Origin: Cyanophyceae cyanobacterium
Lineage (GTDB): Bacteria > Cyanobacteriota > Cyanobacteriia > Cyanobacteriales > JBHJGN01
NCBI GenBank assembly: GCA_050331735.1
Contig: JBHJGN010000001.1
Location: 64,001 to 128,000, forward strand
Direction of reading: 5' to 3'
DNA: 64,000 nucleotides
Shown: positions 11,292 to 22,975 of the stretch, one piece after another
Layout of the letters: every line of letters starts with the position of its first letter
Position numbering within the stretch: position 1 is the first letter of the stretch
Notes under the pieces: model-generated
Seen by the model: the letters and a program-made list of their open reading frames with translations, nothing else
What the model was told of the DNA's origin: nothing
Databases searched by the model: none
Position numbers and translations under genes: made by a program

Positions 11292-12164
11292 ATGCGCTGG
11301 TGGAAAATAGAAGTTCAGTGTAGTCCCGAACAGGAGGAGTCTGTTTTTTATCGACTAGACGAATTTGGCTGTCGCGGGACGGCAACAGAGGTTCAAGGGG
11401 AAACGCTTTGGGTGCGCGGCTATCTTCCCCAGGAAGAAACAGCGGTTGCCGAGCTAGAGGCGCTGGCGCAGCGGCTTAGGAAAGATGCGGCGGAGCTATG
11501 GCGATCACCACTCATCGATTGGGACTCTCTAGACGAAGAGGACTGGGCAAATAGCTGGAAGCAGGACTGGCAGCCAACCCCCGTTGGCGATCGCTTTTTG
11601 GTGTGTCCGGCTTGGCTCTCGCCTGCTCCTGACGAGCAGCGCACGGTCATTCGCCTCGATCCGGGGGCGGCTTTTGGCACCGGAACCCATCCGACAACGC
11701 AGCTTTGCCTAGCCGCGCTCGCAAGCTGCCTTAACGAGGCTCCGCTCCTCGCCGATATTGGCTGTGGCTCTGGGATTCTCTCGATTGGTGCGCTCTTGCT
11801 GGGGGCACAACGAGTCTATGCGGTCGATTTAGATCCCCTCGCCGTTAGCGCTACGGCTAATAATCGACAGCTAAACCACCTTGAAGAGACTCGTCTGCTT
11901 GTAGAGCAAGGCAGTATTGAAAAGATAGCGGAAAAGGTTGACGGGGTAATGTGCAATATTTTAGCTCCTGTGATCGTCCAATTGATTCCGCAACTGTCGA
12001 GGATTACGAAACCGCATAGTTGGGGGCTGCTGAGCGGAATTTTGGGGCGCCAAGTCAACGACGTTGCTGCTGTTTTGCAGCAGCATCGCTGGACCATTGC
12101 TCAGCATTGGCAGCAGCAAGAGTGGAGTTGCCTCAAAATTGTTCAAAACTTGAATAAAGATTAA
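11292..12164 (+). CDS. prmA: Ribosomal protein L11 methyltransferase
   Basis: DPGAAFGTGTHPTT and DIGCGSGILS motifs. Start taken at ATG 11292. Confidence 0.93.
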   Translation: MRWWKIEVQCSPEQEESVFYRLDEFGCRGTATEVQGETLWVRGYLPQEETAVAELEALAQRLRKDAAELWRSPLIDWDSLDEEDWANSWKQDWQPTPVGDRFLVCPAWLSPAPDEQRTVIRLDPGAAFGTGTHPTTQLCLAALASCLNEAPLLADIGCGSGILSIGALLLGAQRVYAVDLDPLAVSATANNRQLNHLEETRLLVEQGSIEKIAEKVDGVMCNILAPVIVQLIPQLSRITKPHSWGLLSGILGRQVNDVAAVLQQHRWTIAQHWQQQEWSCLKIVQNLNKD

Positions 12165-12354
12165 TATTTTCTGGAAAATCTATTCTTACTCGTTGAACTG
12201 CGCGTTAAGATAACGAGCTCATCAAAATCAAACGAAAGAACGAAAAAAGAAGCTAAAATATTTGAGCTTGCTCAAAGCCGCCACCGGAGTTCACGTCTGG
12301 TAGAACGATGAGTTTGAAATATGCTGCCAAGCTAGTCTCCTCTTTATTTCTCGT

Positions 12355-14277
12355 ATGAGCCAACAATCTAACTTTCTGCCGATTTCTCGACGAACTGCTG
12401 TTAAGCTGCTAGGTGTTGGTGCCGTGGGAGGCTTACTAGGGTATTCAAGGTTTGCTAAACCTCAGCCATCAGTCTTTGAGCAAGATCGCCTAGAGCTGCC
12501 GCCGCGACTGAATCAGCCGAAGACGGCTGTTGTCGTTGGTGCCGGTTTAGCCGGACTCGCCTGCGCCTACGAACTCAGTCAGCGAGGATTTGCCGTCACC
12601 TTGCTGGAGAAGTCGTCTAACCTCGGCGGTAAAGTGGCGAGCTGGCAAATTCGCGTCGGGGAAGAAGAATTTAGAATGGAGCATGGCTTTCACGGCTTTT
12701 TTCCCCAGTACTACAATCTCAATAATCTTGTCCAGGAACTGAACCTCGTCGAGAATTTTAAATCGTTAGATTTTTACTCTCTCGTTTTCCGAGATGCTGT
12801 TTATCAGCCAGAGGTGTTTCGTCCCAGTCACTCGGCCTTTCCGTGGAATATCGTTGATTTGGCGATCGCTTCTCCCAATCGTTGGCGTTGGGGCATTAAT
12901 TTAGCCAAGCTCAAGCATCTGGAGGTTTTCCACGAAATTACGGGATTCAAAATTCCGAAAACCTTCGATCATCTCGACAGGATGTCGGTGGCTCAGTGGG
13001 TTGCTCGAGATTTTCCGCAAGGTCTCTACGATCTCTACTTTCTGCCCTTTGCCAAATCGAGCCTCAATGCCCCAGACCGCCTCAGCGCCGGAGAACTGCT
13101 CCAGTTCTTTCACTTTTATTTCTTTGGCAACCCCGAAGGGCTAGCTTTTAACGGAACTCGGCAGGATATGGGGACGAGTTTAGTAAAGCCGATTGCGGAA
13201 GCGATAGAGCGCAATGGGGGTCGAATCATCACAGAAGCAGCAGTAAGCTCCATTACCTGTAGCGAGAAGAAGATTGCCTCTGTAAGCTATCAGCAGGGTC
13301 ATCGGGCGAGTACTATCCCTTTCTGGGTGGAGAGCACAGCGCAAGACAACCAGATGAAATACTACGGTGCGGCTGATACTGTTTTTGCCGCGGCACCAGA
13401 AGGGAACGAAGCGCTGTCTCTCAAATGCACCCATCAAGGTTGTACGGTAGGACGACAAGCCGATGGCACTTTCTTATGTCCGTGTCATGGTGCTCGTTAT
13501 GATGAGCAAGGACGGGTAGTTAGCGGTCCAGCGACCAGAGATTTACGCCGTTTCCAGATTACCGAACGCAACAACCAAGCACTTCAGTTGGTAGCTGACA
13601 CCTCCCTTGCCTCCCCAGAAGAGACAATCGTCGCTGATTATACGGTGATCGCCACTGACGTTCCGGGAGTGCAGCAGTTGCTGCGGCTGATGCAGGGAAA
13701 CGATTGCGGAGTGAAAGCCCAGGTGGAACGATTGGCAGTAGCCGATCCGTTTGCTGTCGCTCGTTTCTGGTTCGACCAAGATTTTGAGTGGGAACATAGT
13801 CATTTCACCTCTCTTTCCGGCTATCAGCTCACCGACAGTATTACTCTTTATCACCGCATCCAGGATCAGTTTATTGACTGGGCGCAGCGCACCGGAGGCA
13901 GCGTCGTAGAGCTACACGCCTACTGTTACAAAGAGAAGGAGTTTCCGACTCAACAAGCGTTGCTATGCACCTTTGAGCAGGAACTCTATGAAATTGTTCC
14001 CGCTTTAGCCCAGGCAAAGATGCTGCACCGGGAATTGGTTAACCAGAAGAATTTTTCTGGCTATCCTCCGAACAGCTACGATGAGCGTCCTGAAACCACC
14101 ACTCAAATTCCTAATTTAGTTTTTGCTGGAGACTGGGTAAAAATGCCGTTTCCCTGCGGCTTGATGGAGCGAGCCGTCAGCAGTGGCTTGCTGGCCGCCA
14201 ATGCGATTCTTCATCGGGAAGGATTGCAAAGAAAGACGCTGCTATCGGTGAATCCCGAGGGAGTATTTAAAATTTAG
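12355..14277 (+). CDS. cruE: FAD-dependent carotenoid desaturase with inserted Rieske domain (CrtU/CruE family)
   Basis: GAGLAGL FAD motif, EHGFHGFF, Rieske CTHQGC...CPCHG, and C-terminal AGDWVK...MERAV. Confidence 0.75.
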   Translation: MSQQSNFLPISRRTAVKLLGVGAVGGLLGYSRFAKPQPSVFEQDRLELPPRLNQPKTAVVVGAGLAGLACAYELSQRGFAVTLLEKSSNLGGKVASWQIRVGEEEFRMEHGFHGFFPQYYNLNNLVQELNLVENFKSLDFYSLVFRDAVYQPEVFRPSHSAFPWNIVDLAIASPNRWRWGINLAKLKHLEVFHEITGFKIPKTFDHLDRMSVAQWVARDFPQGLYDLYFLPFAKSSLNAPDRLSAGELLQFFHFYFFGNPEGLAFNGTRQDMGTSLVKPIAEAIERNGGRIITEAAVSSITCSEKKIASVSYQQGHRASTIPFWVESTAQDNQMKYYGAADTVFAAAPEGNEALSLKCTHQGCTVGRQADGTFLCPCHGARYDEQGRVVSGPATRDLRRFQITERNNQALQLVADTSLASPEETIVADYTVIATDVPGVQQLLRLMQGNDCGVKAQVERLAVADPFAVARFWFDQDFEWEHSHFTSLSGYQLTDSITLYHRIQDQFIDWAQRTGGSVVELHAYCYKEKEFPTQQALLCTFEQELYEIVPALAQAKMLHRELVNQKNFSGYPPNSYDERPETTTQIPNLVFAGDWVKMPFPCGLMERAVSSGLLAANAILHREGLQRKTLLSVNPEGVFKI

Positions 14278-14392
14278 CTAAACCAGAAGCAAAAGAGCCC
14301 CATTGTGGAGAAACGGTAATCAGGGCAGCAGAGTCAAAATTTTTTCTAGCCAGCCGTAGCGTCCCCACAGAAGCGTGACTCATGACCCTTAA

Positions 14393-16846
14393 TCAGGTTA
14401 ACACGTCTCCTCCCATCATCCGCTGATAGCGAACCTCCAGCTCTTGCTTCAAAGACGGCATCTTTTTCAACGAGGCATCGGCTAGAATCAGTTTTTCTGC
14501 CGCCTCCCGCGCTAAATTTAATACTTCCTGATCTTCGACTAAACTTGCTAACGCAAAATCCGGCAGCCCTGACTGACGCTTGCCTAATACCTCTCCAGGA
14601 CCGCGAAAGCGCAGATCCATTTCTGAGATGAAAAAGCCATCTTGAGACTGTTCCAAGACGCCGAGCCGCTGCCGCGAGTCTGGAGTCTTGCTGGTGCTCA
14701 TCAGCAAGCAGTAGGATTTATGGGAGCCGCGCCCTACCCGCCCTCGAAGCTGATGCAGTTGCGATAACCCAAACCGTTCCGCATTTTCAATCAGCATCAC
14801 GGTCGCGTTGGGAACGTCAACGCCGACCTCAATCACCGTCGTTGAAACGATAATTTGAGTAGCATTATCCCGAAACGCCGACAGTGCCTCCTCCTTTTCT
14901 ACTGCGCTCATCCGTCCGTGGAGCAAGCCGACCTGAAACTCACAGAAAATGCTTTCCGAAAGGCGCTGATGTTCCTCGACGGCGGCCCGCACGTCGAGCT
15001 TTTCTGATTCTTCGATCATCGGCAAAATAATGTAGGCCTGCCGTCCCTGCGCTACTTCCCGGCGAATCAAGTCATAGGCCTGGAGACGTTCTTTGCCAGC
15101 GAGGACAGAGGTTTGAATCGGCTGACGACCGGGGGGCAGTTCGTCTACCTGGCTAACATCTAAATCACCGTGGAGAGTGAGCGCTAGCGTTCGAGGAATG
15201 GGGGTGGCCGTCATCGTGAGCACGTGGGGAGACTGACCCTTGGCCAGCAACCGAGAGCGCTGCTGCACTCCAAAGCGGTGCTGTTCGTCGATTACCACTA
15301 GCCCTAACTGACTAAAATTCACGGGGTCTTGAATTAGAGCATGAGTACCAACCAGTAACGGGAGTTCCCCAGTGGCTAGCTGCGCGTAAATTTCGCGACG
15401 TTTCGCTGTTTTAGTCGATCCCGTCAGCAGCTCTACGGGGAGGTGCAGCAGATTAAACCAGCCCACTAGCTTCCGGTAGTGTTGCTCGGCTAACACCTCC
15501 GTTGGAGCCATCAGCGCCGCCTGATACCCCGACTGAATGGCGGCTAAAATCGCAAACACCGCGACAACGGTCTTGCCCGAGCCCACATCTCCCTGCACGA
15601 GCCGATTCATCGGCGTGGCCGATTGGAGATCTTGCAAAATGTCGCTAATCACTCGCTCTTGCGCTCCTGTGAGCGCAAACGGCAGCAGCCGCTGAAACTT
15701 CTCAATCAGTTGACCTTTGGGGAGCAACACGGCGCTGTGTTGCTCTCGCCGCTGCTGCTGGCGGCGCTCCAAAAAACCAAGCTGGAGGTAAAAAAATTCG
15801 TCAAACACCAACCGCCGTCTGGCGTGGGCGAGGGCAGTGTGCTCCTTGGGAAAATGAATATTGGCGATCGCCTCGGGCAGGGGAACTAAACCGTACTGAC
15901 GGCGAAGGCGAGCGGGCAGGGGGTCTTTAAGCTGCTCTAGGGCAGGCAGACAAGCGACAACCGCTTTGCGCACAGCATCGGCGGCAATGCCTTCGCTCAG
16001 CGGGTAAACCGGCAGCACTCGCCCGATTTTCAGCGAGTCAATGTTGGCGCCGGGACTGTCAAGGACTTCGATTTCGGGGTCTTCCAGGGTCAGGCCGTAC
16101 TTATTTTGCTTAACTAACCCTGAAGCGGCGACCGCTGCCCCCGGAGGGTACTGACGCTTCAGCTTTTGCTGCCAGCCCCGGTTACTAAAGCGAGCGCCTG
16201 CAAAAAAGCGGCTGAGCTTAAGCTGTCCGGTTGGGTCTTTGAGCAGGAGTTCAAAAATGGTCAGCTTTTTATTTTTTGGGCTGCTGAAGCAGTTGCAGCG
16301 CTTCACTGTTCCCACGACGGTCACGGATTCCCCGGGCACGAGGTGGGCCACCGCGACCTGACGAGCGTAATCGATGTGGTCTCGCGGATAGTAAAACAGC
16401 ACATCTCGGACTTGGTAGAGGCCAAGACGCTCGAGCTGCTTGCTGCGGGTGCGCCCGATGTCTGGGACTCCGCTGAGCGGCGCATCAAGCGCGATCGCCC
16501 GCTGGGATAGAGGCAGGGAGCGAGTACGGGGGAGCTTCGGCGGAGGCGGTTCTGAAGAAGCGTCGAGGTTTTGCTTGAGCTGAAGCAAAAAGCGGCGAGC
16601 GTCAGCAACTAAGTGCTGGCGCTGAGCCAGAGACATTTGAGAGTAGCGGGCAAACTGAGTCGCCATTTCCTGCCAGCGACGGCGCTCCTGAGACGACCCG
16701 AGCGAGAGAGATTTGCCAAAGCTGAGGCACAAAAACTCGCTGAAGCGGTAACGATGCCCCTGTAAATCGCTGAATCCCCGTTCCGCCTCTACTGAAAGCG
16801 CTTTTTGTAAGCGAACCCAATCTGGTGTTTCTCCTACATTGGTCAT
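14393..16846 (-). CDS. recG: ATP-dependent DNA helicase RecG
   Basis: QGDVGSGKT, DEQHRFG, TATPIPRT, QLRGRVGR. Confidence 0.97.
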   Translation of the reverse strand: MTNVGETPDWVRLQKALSVEAERGFSDLQGHRYRFSEFLCLSFGKSLSLGSSQERRRWQEMATQFARYSQMSLAQRQHLVADARRFLLQLKQNLDASSEPPPPKLPRTRSLPLSQRAIALDAPLSGVPDIGRTRSKQLERLGLYQVRDVLFYYPRDHIDYARQVAVAHLVPGESVTVVGTVKRCNCFSSPKNKKLTIFELLLKDPTGQLKLSRFFAGARFSNRGWQQKLKRQYPPGAAVAASGLVKQNKYGLTLEDPEIEVLDSPGANIDSLKIGRVLPVYPLSEGIAADAVRKAVVACLPALEQLKDPLPARLRRQYGLVPLPEAIANIHFPKEHTALAHARRRLVFDEFFYLQLGFLERRQQQRREQHSAVLLPKGQLIEKFQRLLPFALTGAQERVISDILQDLQSATPMNRLVQGDVGSGKTVVAVFAILAAIQSGYQAALMAPTEVLAEQHYRKLVGWFNLLHLPVELLTGSTKTAKRREIYAQLATGELPLLVGTHALIQDPVNFSQLGLVVIDEQHRFGVQQRSRLLAKGQSPHVLTMTATPIPRTLALTLHGDLDVSQVDELPPGRQPIQTSVLAGKERLQAYDLIRREVAQGRQAYIILPMIEESEKLDVRAAVEEHQRLSESIFCEFQVGLLHGRMSAVEKEEALSAFRDNATQIIVSTTVIEVGVDVPNATVMLIENAERFGLSQLHQLRGRVGRGSHKSYCLLMSTSKTPDSRQRLGVLEQSQDGFFISEMDLRFRGPGEVLGKRQSGLPDFALASLVEDQEVLNLAREAAEKLILADASLKKMPSLKQELEVRYQRMMGGDVLT

Positions 16847-16988
16847 CGTTCTCTGTTGAGTGTTGAGTCAAGACCACTTAGTTTGGATAAGCTCTTGGCG
16901 GTTAGCGGCAGCCGCCTACTCAGAGCTAGTGACGTTCAGCTTCTGGAGCACTTCCCACTCTCTCATCACTGTTTCTCTCCTGCCTCAG

Positions 16989-17876
16989 TTAACGATCGAA
17001 CCAGCTTGCTCGCCAGGCGGCTTCGGCCTCGGCGATGGCATACTCGCGCCGCAGGCGACGATACTGCTGTCGGAGTTGGCGAATGCGCTCGGCTAATCGC
17101 CGAATTTTCTGACGCTTGGTAGTTAAACCCGGTTCAGAAAATTCTATTTCTGACCGACGCAGCCGAATTGCTGTAATTTTAGCAACGGTTGACTTTTGCG
17201 ATCGCTCGTTTTCGGCTTCAACGAGCAAATGAAGCAAGTTAGGCGGACTACTGACGGCGCTAGCTTCTTCAGACATCGCTACCTCGACCAGCTTTGGCGG
17301 GAGCTGATCTGGCAGAATTTTCGCTCGCTGTAGCAGACGATTCACTTCTACCGAGAAGTCAGTCAAAGTCCGATCGATTTTTTGTTCGATTTTTTTCTGC
17401 CAGCGACTCAGGTTTTCTGGGTTTTTTTCTCTATCTGCGTCATCCACTTCATCAAAGCTGGCTTCTTCCTCGCTCTCATCTTCGCTGGCCAATTCCTCTG
17501 TAGCCCCTAGTTCTTCCGCAGCCGATAGTGAAGAGTCTGTCGGCAACTCCTCCAGCAGTTTTTCCATAATGTTCAGCTCTTGAGAATCTTCTGGCTCTGA
17601 TTCTCTGAGTAAGGAGAGCTCATCGTGGATCTGCTCTCCTAGTCTCCGTAAATTTTCCTGAAGCTCTTCTCTTTGCCGTAAGGTCAAGGCCAGAAATGAC
17701 TGAGGATAGATTTGAGTACAAACTTGGTAGCAAGCCAGAGCTATCTGCTTGCGCGCTGCTTGACCGAGTAGATTCAAATACTGCTCGTAAAGATTGTTGA
17801 GTTCGGTCTCGACGGCTGTTGATGACTCTTCTAAGGCCGTCAGTTCCTGCTGAATTTGCCCGATTTTCCTGCCCAT
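16989..17876 (-). CDS. Hypothetical coiled-coil protein
   Basis: 295 aa helical, acidic ORF co-oriented between tsf and recG. Confidence 0.8.
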   Translation of the reverse strand: MGRKIGQIQQELTALEESSTAVETELNNLYEQYLNLLGQAARKQIALACYQVCTQIYPQSFLALTLRQREELQENLRRLGEQIHDELSLLRESEPEDSQELNIMEKLLEELPTDSSLSAAEELGATEELASEDESEEEASFDEVDDADREKNPENLSRWQKKIEQKIDRTLTDFSVEVNRLLQRAKILPDQLPPKLVEVAMSEEASAVSSPPNLLHLLVEAENERSQKSTVAKITAIRLRRSEIEFSEPGLTTKRQKIRRLAERIRQLRQQYRRLRREYAIAEAEAAWRASWFDR

Positions 17877-17901
17877 CCTGACTCTAACGTTTTTTTACAG
17901 G

Positions 17902-17931
17902 AAAAGGAGCAGCTTGAGGCTCAAGCTACTC
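17902..17931 (-). terminator. Probable intrinsic terminator after tsf
   Basis: Minus strand reads GAGTAGCTTGAG-C-CTCAAGCTGCTC followed by CTTTT. Confidence 0.55.
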
Positions 17932-18007
17932 TTTCCGTATCAGTAGTAAAACTTTTGATCTACCTATCGAGAACGACTCCTGCAGCCCTTGGTGGTCAAG
18001 ACTGACC

Positions 18008-18667
18008 CTATTTTGTGCCTGCCTGTGCTGCTACTTCCTCGGCGAAATTACTTTCTTCTTTCTCAATGCCTTCGCCGAGAACAAAGCGAGCAAAGCGGCG
18101 CACCTGAATATTCTCACCGAGTTGGGAGATGTGTTGCTTGACTAATTCTTCCACGGTAATGCTTTGGTCGCGGATGTAGGGCTGATCCATCAACGTCAAC
18201 TCTTTCAGGCGCTTATCAATGCGACCTTGAACGATCTTTTCTTTGATATTGTCGGGTTTTTTTTGTAAATCATCCCGACCCATTTCAATTTCTTTTTCTT
18301 TCTGAATAATTTCCTCAGGAATATCAGTCACCTTGACGTATTCAACATTTTGGTAGGCAGCTACCTGCATGGCAATGTCGCGTACCAAGGTTTGGAACTC
18401 TTCACGCCGGGCCACAAAGTCCGTTTCACAGTTCACTTCGACAAGAACGCCAATTCGTCCTCCAGTATGGATGTAGCTCTCAATTAATCCCTCGGCAGCA
18501 ACGCGCCCCGCCTTCTTTTCGGCGGAGGTAATGCCTTTTTGCCGCAGCCACTCTGTGGCTTTGGTAAAATCTCCACCACTTTCTGTAAGCGCCTTTTTGC
18601 AATCCATCATGCCAGCGCCCGTTTTTTCCCGTAGCTCTTTGACAAGTTTTGCCGATATGTCCGCCAT
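18008..18667 (-). CDS. tsf: Elongation factor Ts (short type)
   Basis: [16 protein letters not shown] and EVNCETDFV. Confidence 0.97.
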   Translation of the reverse strand: MADISAKLVKELREKTGAGMMDCKKALTESGGDFTKATEWLRQKGITSAEKKAGRVAAEGLIESYIHTGGRIGVLVEVNCETDFVARREEFQTLVRDIAMQVAAYQNVEYVKVTDIPEEIIQKEKEIEMGRDDLQKKPDNIKEKIVQGRIDKRLKELTLMDQPYIRDQSITVEELVKQHISQLGENIQVRRFARFVLGEGIEKEESNFAEEVAAQAGTK

Positions 18668-18751
18668 CTTGTTTTCCTACACTTATACGACCAATTATGA
18701 AGACCAGGGTCCGCCTCTATTGTATGAAGCGGAGTTCCTTTGCCATCTTAA

Positions 18752-19561
18752 TTATTCTTCTTCACTCTTGCCCTCGTCTGCTGCTAGATTGTCTTCGCTC
18801 CATTCTTCTGGTTCCTCACCAGCATCAATATCTTCTAAAGATTCTTCAAACTCTTCGTAGTCCTCGCTCTCGTCGGGTTGACCGTGACGACCTTCATAAA
18901 TGGCATCGGCTAACTTACCGATAATGAGCTTAATTGAGCGAATGGCATCGTCGTTGGCTGGAATTGGAACATCTACAGAATCAGGATCGCAGTTTGTATC
19001 TAATAAAGAGACAATGGGAAGGCCCAACTTTTGACACTCTAAAACAGCATTGTATTCCCGACGGAGATCCACAATCAACACAATATCAGGGATTTTGCGC
19101 ATTGTTTTGATGCCGCCCAAATATTTTTGAAGTTTCTCCAGCTCGCGGCGCAGCACGGACGCTTCTTTTTTCGGGCGCTTGTCGAGGTTTCCACTGTCTT
19201 CAAGCTGTTCGAGTTCTTTGAGCCGTTCAATGCGCGACTTAATCGTTTCCCAGTTGGTGAGCATGCCACCCAGCCAGCGCTGATTGATGTAGTAGGCTCC
19301 ACAGCGAGCGGCTTCCTGAGCGACAATTCCCGCTGCTTGACGCTTCGTGCCGACAAATAGAAATCGCTGACCACTTTCAGAGGAGGAGCGAACGTAATCG
19401 TAGGCTTCTTCCATCAGTTGAGCGGTTTGCACCAAATCGATAATGTGAACGCCATTGCGGGCTGTATAAATGTAGGGAGACATTTTGGGGTTCCAGCGAC
19501 GAGTTTGATGCCCAAAATGAACTCCTGATTCTAAAAGTTCAGCAAGTGAAATAACGGCCAT
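18752..19561 (-). CDS. rpsB: 30S ribosomal protein S2
   Basis: [15 protein letters not shown] and PANDDAIRS. Confidence 0.98.
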   Translation of the reverse strand: MAVISLAELLESGVHFGHQTRRWNPKMSPYIYTARNGVHIIDLVQTAQLMEEAYDYVRSSSESGQRFLFVGTKRQAAGIVAQEAARCGAYYINQRWLGGMLTNWETIKSRIERLKELEQLEDSGNLDKRPKKEASVLRRELEKLQKYLGGIKTMRKIPDIVLIVDLRREYNAVLECQKLGLPIVSLLDTNCDPDSVDVPIPANDDAIRSIKLIIGKLADAIYEGRHGQPDESEDYEEFEESLEDIDAGEEPEEWSEDNLAADEGKSEEE

Positions 19562-19573
19562 TAATTTTCTCCT

Positions 19574-19640
19574 GTTCGGGTTTATCCTCCATCCAGGCGG
19601 TCTCTCGATACAGAAACACCCGAAGCCCTGGATGTGCGAA
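19574..19640 (-). promoter_or_regulatory. rpsB 5' leader, probable structured autoregulatory RNA (t44/S2-leader-like)
   Basis: The minus strand has a CATCCAGG...CCTGGATG stem and TTCGGGT...ACCCGAA complementarity just upstream of the AGGAG RBS. Confidence 0.55.
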
Positions 19641-19895
19641 TTTAGACAACTTTTCTAGAATAGCACGGGTCGGAGGGAAACAGATAGATTGGGGATATCG
19701 CCAGCCGCAGCTTGGGAAAAGGGGAAGGGGTAAAGGGGAAAGGAAACAATTTTCTATCAACAATCAGCCATTAACAATTAACCAGAATGTCAGGTTGCTC
19801 AAGCTTTCTAAGCTTGAGAAGCTGAGAAGCTGCCTTCACTCCTAATGACTGAGAGAGTACCGCTACACTAAAAGGCAACGATAAAAAATAGCACA

Positions 19896-21023
19896 ATGTC
19901 CGAGCGACGCCTGATGATTTCGATAGTTAACCTCCTGCTGGTAGTGGCGGCAGTCTTTTTTGCTGTATTGGTCTGGCAACTGAGAAGTCTGATTGTGATT
20001 TTAATGATTGCGGTGGTGGTTGCTTCTACCCTGGCGCCAATTGTCGCCAGTGTTCAGCGGCTACGGATTCCCCGTTGGCTAGCCGTGATTCTAGTCTTCC
20101 TAGGCTTAATCTCTATTTTGACAGGAGCGGGACTATTAATCGGTCCGACGGTGGTCGCGCAAATTGAGCGGCTGGCCCGCACCCTGCCGGGGTATCTGGA
20201 CGTATTGGGCACTCTCGCCCAGGATCTAGCGGTGCGATTTGGCGTGAATGAACCAGAGGCTTTTGATTTAATCAATCAACTCTTCGATATTCAGTCTCTA
20301 ACGGCTTGGGCTTTTCGGTCCAGCCAGCAGCTACTAGTGCGCTCGGTGGGAGTAACGCGGGGTCTCCTCGGTGGAGTGTTCAATCTGATTTTGGCACTGT
20401 TGCTCTCTGGCTATATGCTTGCTGGCTCCAGCAAGCTGATTGACGGCCTCGTCAGTCTATTTCCGAAGCCCTGGGACGATCGCCTAGCGGCGCAGGTAGC
20501 TCCTGTCAGTCAGCGTATGGGAGGATATATTCAAGGTCGGCTGCTTGTATCGTCAATTTTAGCGATGGCGGTTAGCTTCGGCCTGATTGTTCTCGGCATT
20601 CCCGAATTTGCCCTCGGTTTAGGCGTTATTGCCGGATTTACCAATTTAATCCCCTTTTTTGGTCCGTTCTTAGGAGCTATCCCGGCCCTAATCGTCGCCG
20701 TTGCCCAAGGAGGCTTAACCTTTCTGTGGGTGTTGCTGCTGTTTGTGATTATTCAAAATCTAGAAACCTACGTGCTCGATCCGCTGCTGGTGGGATCTTC
20801 AGTGAGGGTGGCTCCACTGTATCAGCTCTTAGCGGTGTTAGGCGGCGTTCAGGTTTTGGGTATCATCGGAGCATTAATTGTGCCTCCGTGGGTCGCTGGT
20901 GCTGCGGTGGTTTTAGAAAATCTCTATCTCAAGCCGAAGTTACGAGCCGAGCAAACTATCGCCAGTCCGTCTTCAACCTTGACGGCGGCAGAACCGGAAG
21001 CGAGTCCCGTTTCTACCCAGTAA
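19896..21023 (+). CDS. AI-2E family transporter
   Basis: Multi-TM protein with NLIPFFGPFLG and QNLETYVLDP motifs. Confidence 0.88.
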   Translation: MSERRLMISIVNLLLVVAAVFFAVLVWQLRSLIVILMIAVVVASTLAPIVASVQRLRIPRWLAVILVFLGLISILTGAGLLIGPTVVAQIERLARTLPGYLDVLGTLAQDLAVRFGVNEPEAFDLINQLFDIQSLTAWAFRSSQQLLVRSVGVTRGLLGGVFNLILALLLSGYMLAGSSKLIDGLVSLFPKPWDDRLAAQVAPVSQRMGGYIQGRLLVSSILAMAVSFGLIVLGIPEFALGLGVIAGFTNLIPFFGPFLGAIPALIVAVAQGGLTFLWVLLLFVIIQNLETYVLDPLLVGSSVRVAPLYQLLAVLGGVQVLGIIGALIVPPWVAGAAVVLENLYLKPKLRAEQTIASPSSTLTAAEPEASPVSTQ

Positions 21024-21050
21024 ATCAGTCTCAATCGGGAATGACTAACC

Positions 21051-22718
21051 ATGCGCCTTTTCTCTGTGCAGGTTTCTATCACTCAGGTGTGGCTCGGGGC
21101 GATCGCCTTTTGTCTAACGTGCCTGCTCTCAATCGCTCCCGTTGTCGGCCAAAGCCAGTCCCCCGCTCCGATTACCCTCGATGGTCGTCGTTTGTTTGAA
21201 GTCAGTTCTTCGGGAGGATACGACGCTCAAGAACGAGCCGCCGATGCCAATCGGCTGCTGCGGCAAAAGATTACCCAAGCCGAACCACCCGTCGAAGTAG
21301 AAATCGATCGAACAACCGAGCTGCCGGTGATTCGCGTTGATGGCGACCACCTCCTCACCGTCACTTTTGAAGATGCCCCCAGAGGCAGAAGCGTCCAGGA
21401 ACAGGCCCAAATTTGGGCCACCGAGCTTCAGAACGCCATTGCTCGAGCGCAGCGCGAACGGACGAATAGTTATCTAGGGCGAGCCGTGCTGCTTGCTGCT
21501 GGGTATCTTGTCTTAGCTGCGGTGATGAGCTGGGGCTTAGGCTGGCTATGGCGCTACTGGCTACAGCCCAAGCTCGAACGAGATTCCCACTCTACTCCCA
21601 GTCAGGAGGACACTTCGCCTTCATCGGTCAGTGCAGAAATTGGGGCCCAGGTGCTCTTAACCCTAGTACGAGGAGCAGTCTGGCTTTATGCCGTTATTGC
21701 TGCCAGCAAGCTCTTTCCCCAAACTCGGCAGTGGAGTCGGGATGTGGTAGACGTAATCGCTAACAGTTTGTTTGCGGATTTATTTTCTCTAGGCGATAGC
21801 TCGTACTCGGTTCTAGACCTATTAATCCTCATTGGGCTGTTGGCAGGACTAATTATTGTCGCCAGATCCGTCAGAAAAATTCTCAAGTCACGGGTTTTGA
21901 GCCTCACAGGACTGAATCGGGCAACCCAAGAAACCATTGCCTTAGTAGCCAACTACGGATTTATTTTTATTGGCAGTCTTGTACTCTTACAGCTCTGGGG
22001 GCTAGATCTGAGTTCGCTCACGGTGTTCGCCGGGGTTTTAGGGGTTGGGGTTGGTTTAGGCATTCAGGGCATTGCTAAGGAATTTGTCAGCGGACTTGTG
22101 TTAATGCTGGAGCGCCCGATTCAGGTGGGGGATTTTGTCGAAATTGGCGAACTGATGGGAACCGTAGAGCGGATCAGCGTACGCTCGACAGAAATCCGGA
22201 CTCTCGATCAGGTTTCACTGATTCTGCCTAACTCCCGCTTTCTAGAAACGGAGGTGATTAACTGGAGCCATCACTCTTCGGTGTCGCGGCTGCGGCTTCC
22301 CGTTGGAGTTGCCTATGGCTCCAATTTAACTACGGTACGTACGGCGCTAATGAATGCAGCCAAAGAACACAGCGACGTGCTCTCCTCCCCCGCACCGAGA
22401 GTCTTCTTCCTTGGGTTTGGCGATAGTTCTCTTGATTTTGAGCTGTTAGTATGGATTGCTGAACCCCGTAAGCAGTTTCAGATCAAAAGCGATCTTTATT
22501 TTCGTATCGAAGCGATTCTGCGCCATCGCGGTGTGGAAATTCCCTTTCCTCAAAGAGATCTACACGTTCGCGGTCGCTTACCGATAGACGTGTCCCCCGA
22601 GCTAGTACAGTCCTTAACCGAACTCACCACTGGATTGACTAATTGGCTCAATCACCAGTCTAACGGGGCTGCTGGACCATCGAGATTAGGGGTTAGGGAT
22701 GGTCAAGACGACAACTAA
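21051..22718 (+). CDS. MscS-family mechanosensitive channel
   Basis: GVGVGLGIQG, ERPIQVGDFV, GFGDSSLDFEL, EIPFPQRD. Confidence 0.92.
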   Translation: MRLFSVQVSITQVWLGAIAFCLTCLLSIAPVVGQSQSPAPITLDGRRLFEVSSSGGYDAQERAADANRLLRQKITQAEPPVEVEIDRTTELPVIRVDGDHLLTVTFEDAPRGRSVQEQAQIWATELQNAIARAQRERTNSYLGRAVLLAAGYLVLAAVMSWGLGWLWRYWLQPKLERDSHSTPSQEDTSPSSVSAEIGAQVLLTLVRGAVWLYAVIAASKLFPQTRQWSRDVVDVIANSLFADLFSLGDSSYSVLDLLILIGLLAGLIIVARSVRKILKSRVLSLTGLNRATQETIALVANYGFIFIGSLVLLQLWGLDLSSLTVFAGVLGVGVGLGIQGIAKEFVSGLVLMLERPIQVGDFVEIGELMGTVERISVRSTEIRTLDQVSLILPNSRFLETEVINWSHHSSVSRLRLPVGVAYGSNLTTVRTALMNAAKEHSDVLSSPAPRVFFLGFGDSSLDFELLVWIAEPRKQFQIKSDLYFRIEAILRHRGVEIPFPQRDLHVRGRLPIDVSPELVQSLTELTTGLTNWLNHQSNGAAGPSRLGVRDGQDDN

Positions 22719-22975
22719 AGGTAGGTCTTGGCTATTTAGCTGTTAGCTACTCAAGTAGTGGAAATCTAATATTAGCTCTGCTTGGTTAGTTGCTGTCTAA
22801 AAGGAAATCGCTTGAGTTAGTCAAAGCGTGGAAAACTGTCTTCATTGGTAACACCTAACCACTAACTCTTAATTGAACTTGGGGAGTAGCGACTGATAAA
22901 GTCAAGTTTCCTCAAGGAAAAACTTTGAGCCGTCAATCAAGCTAAGAGCTAAAAGCTCTTAGCTTTTCATCCCGT

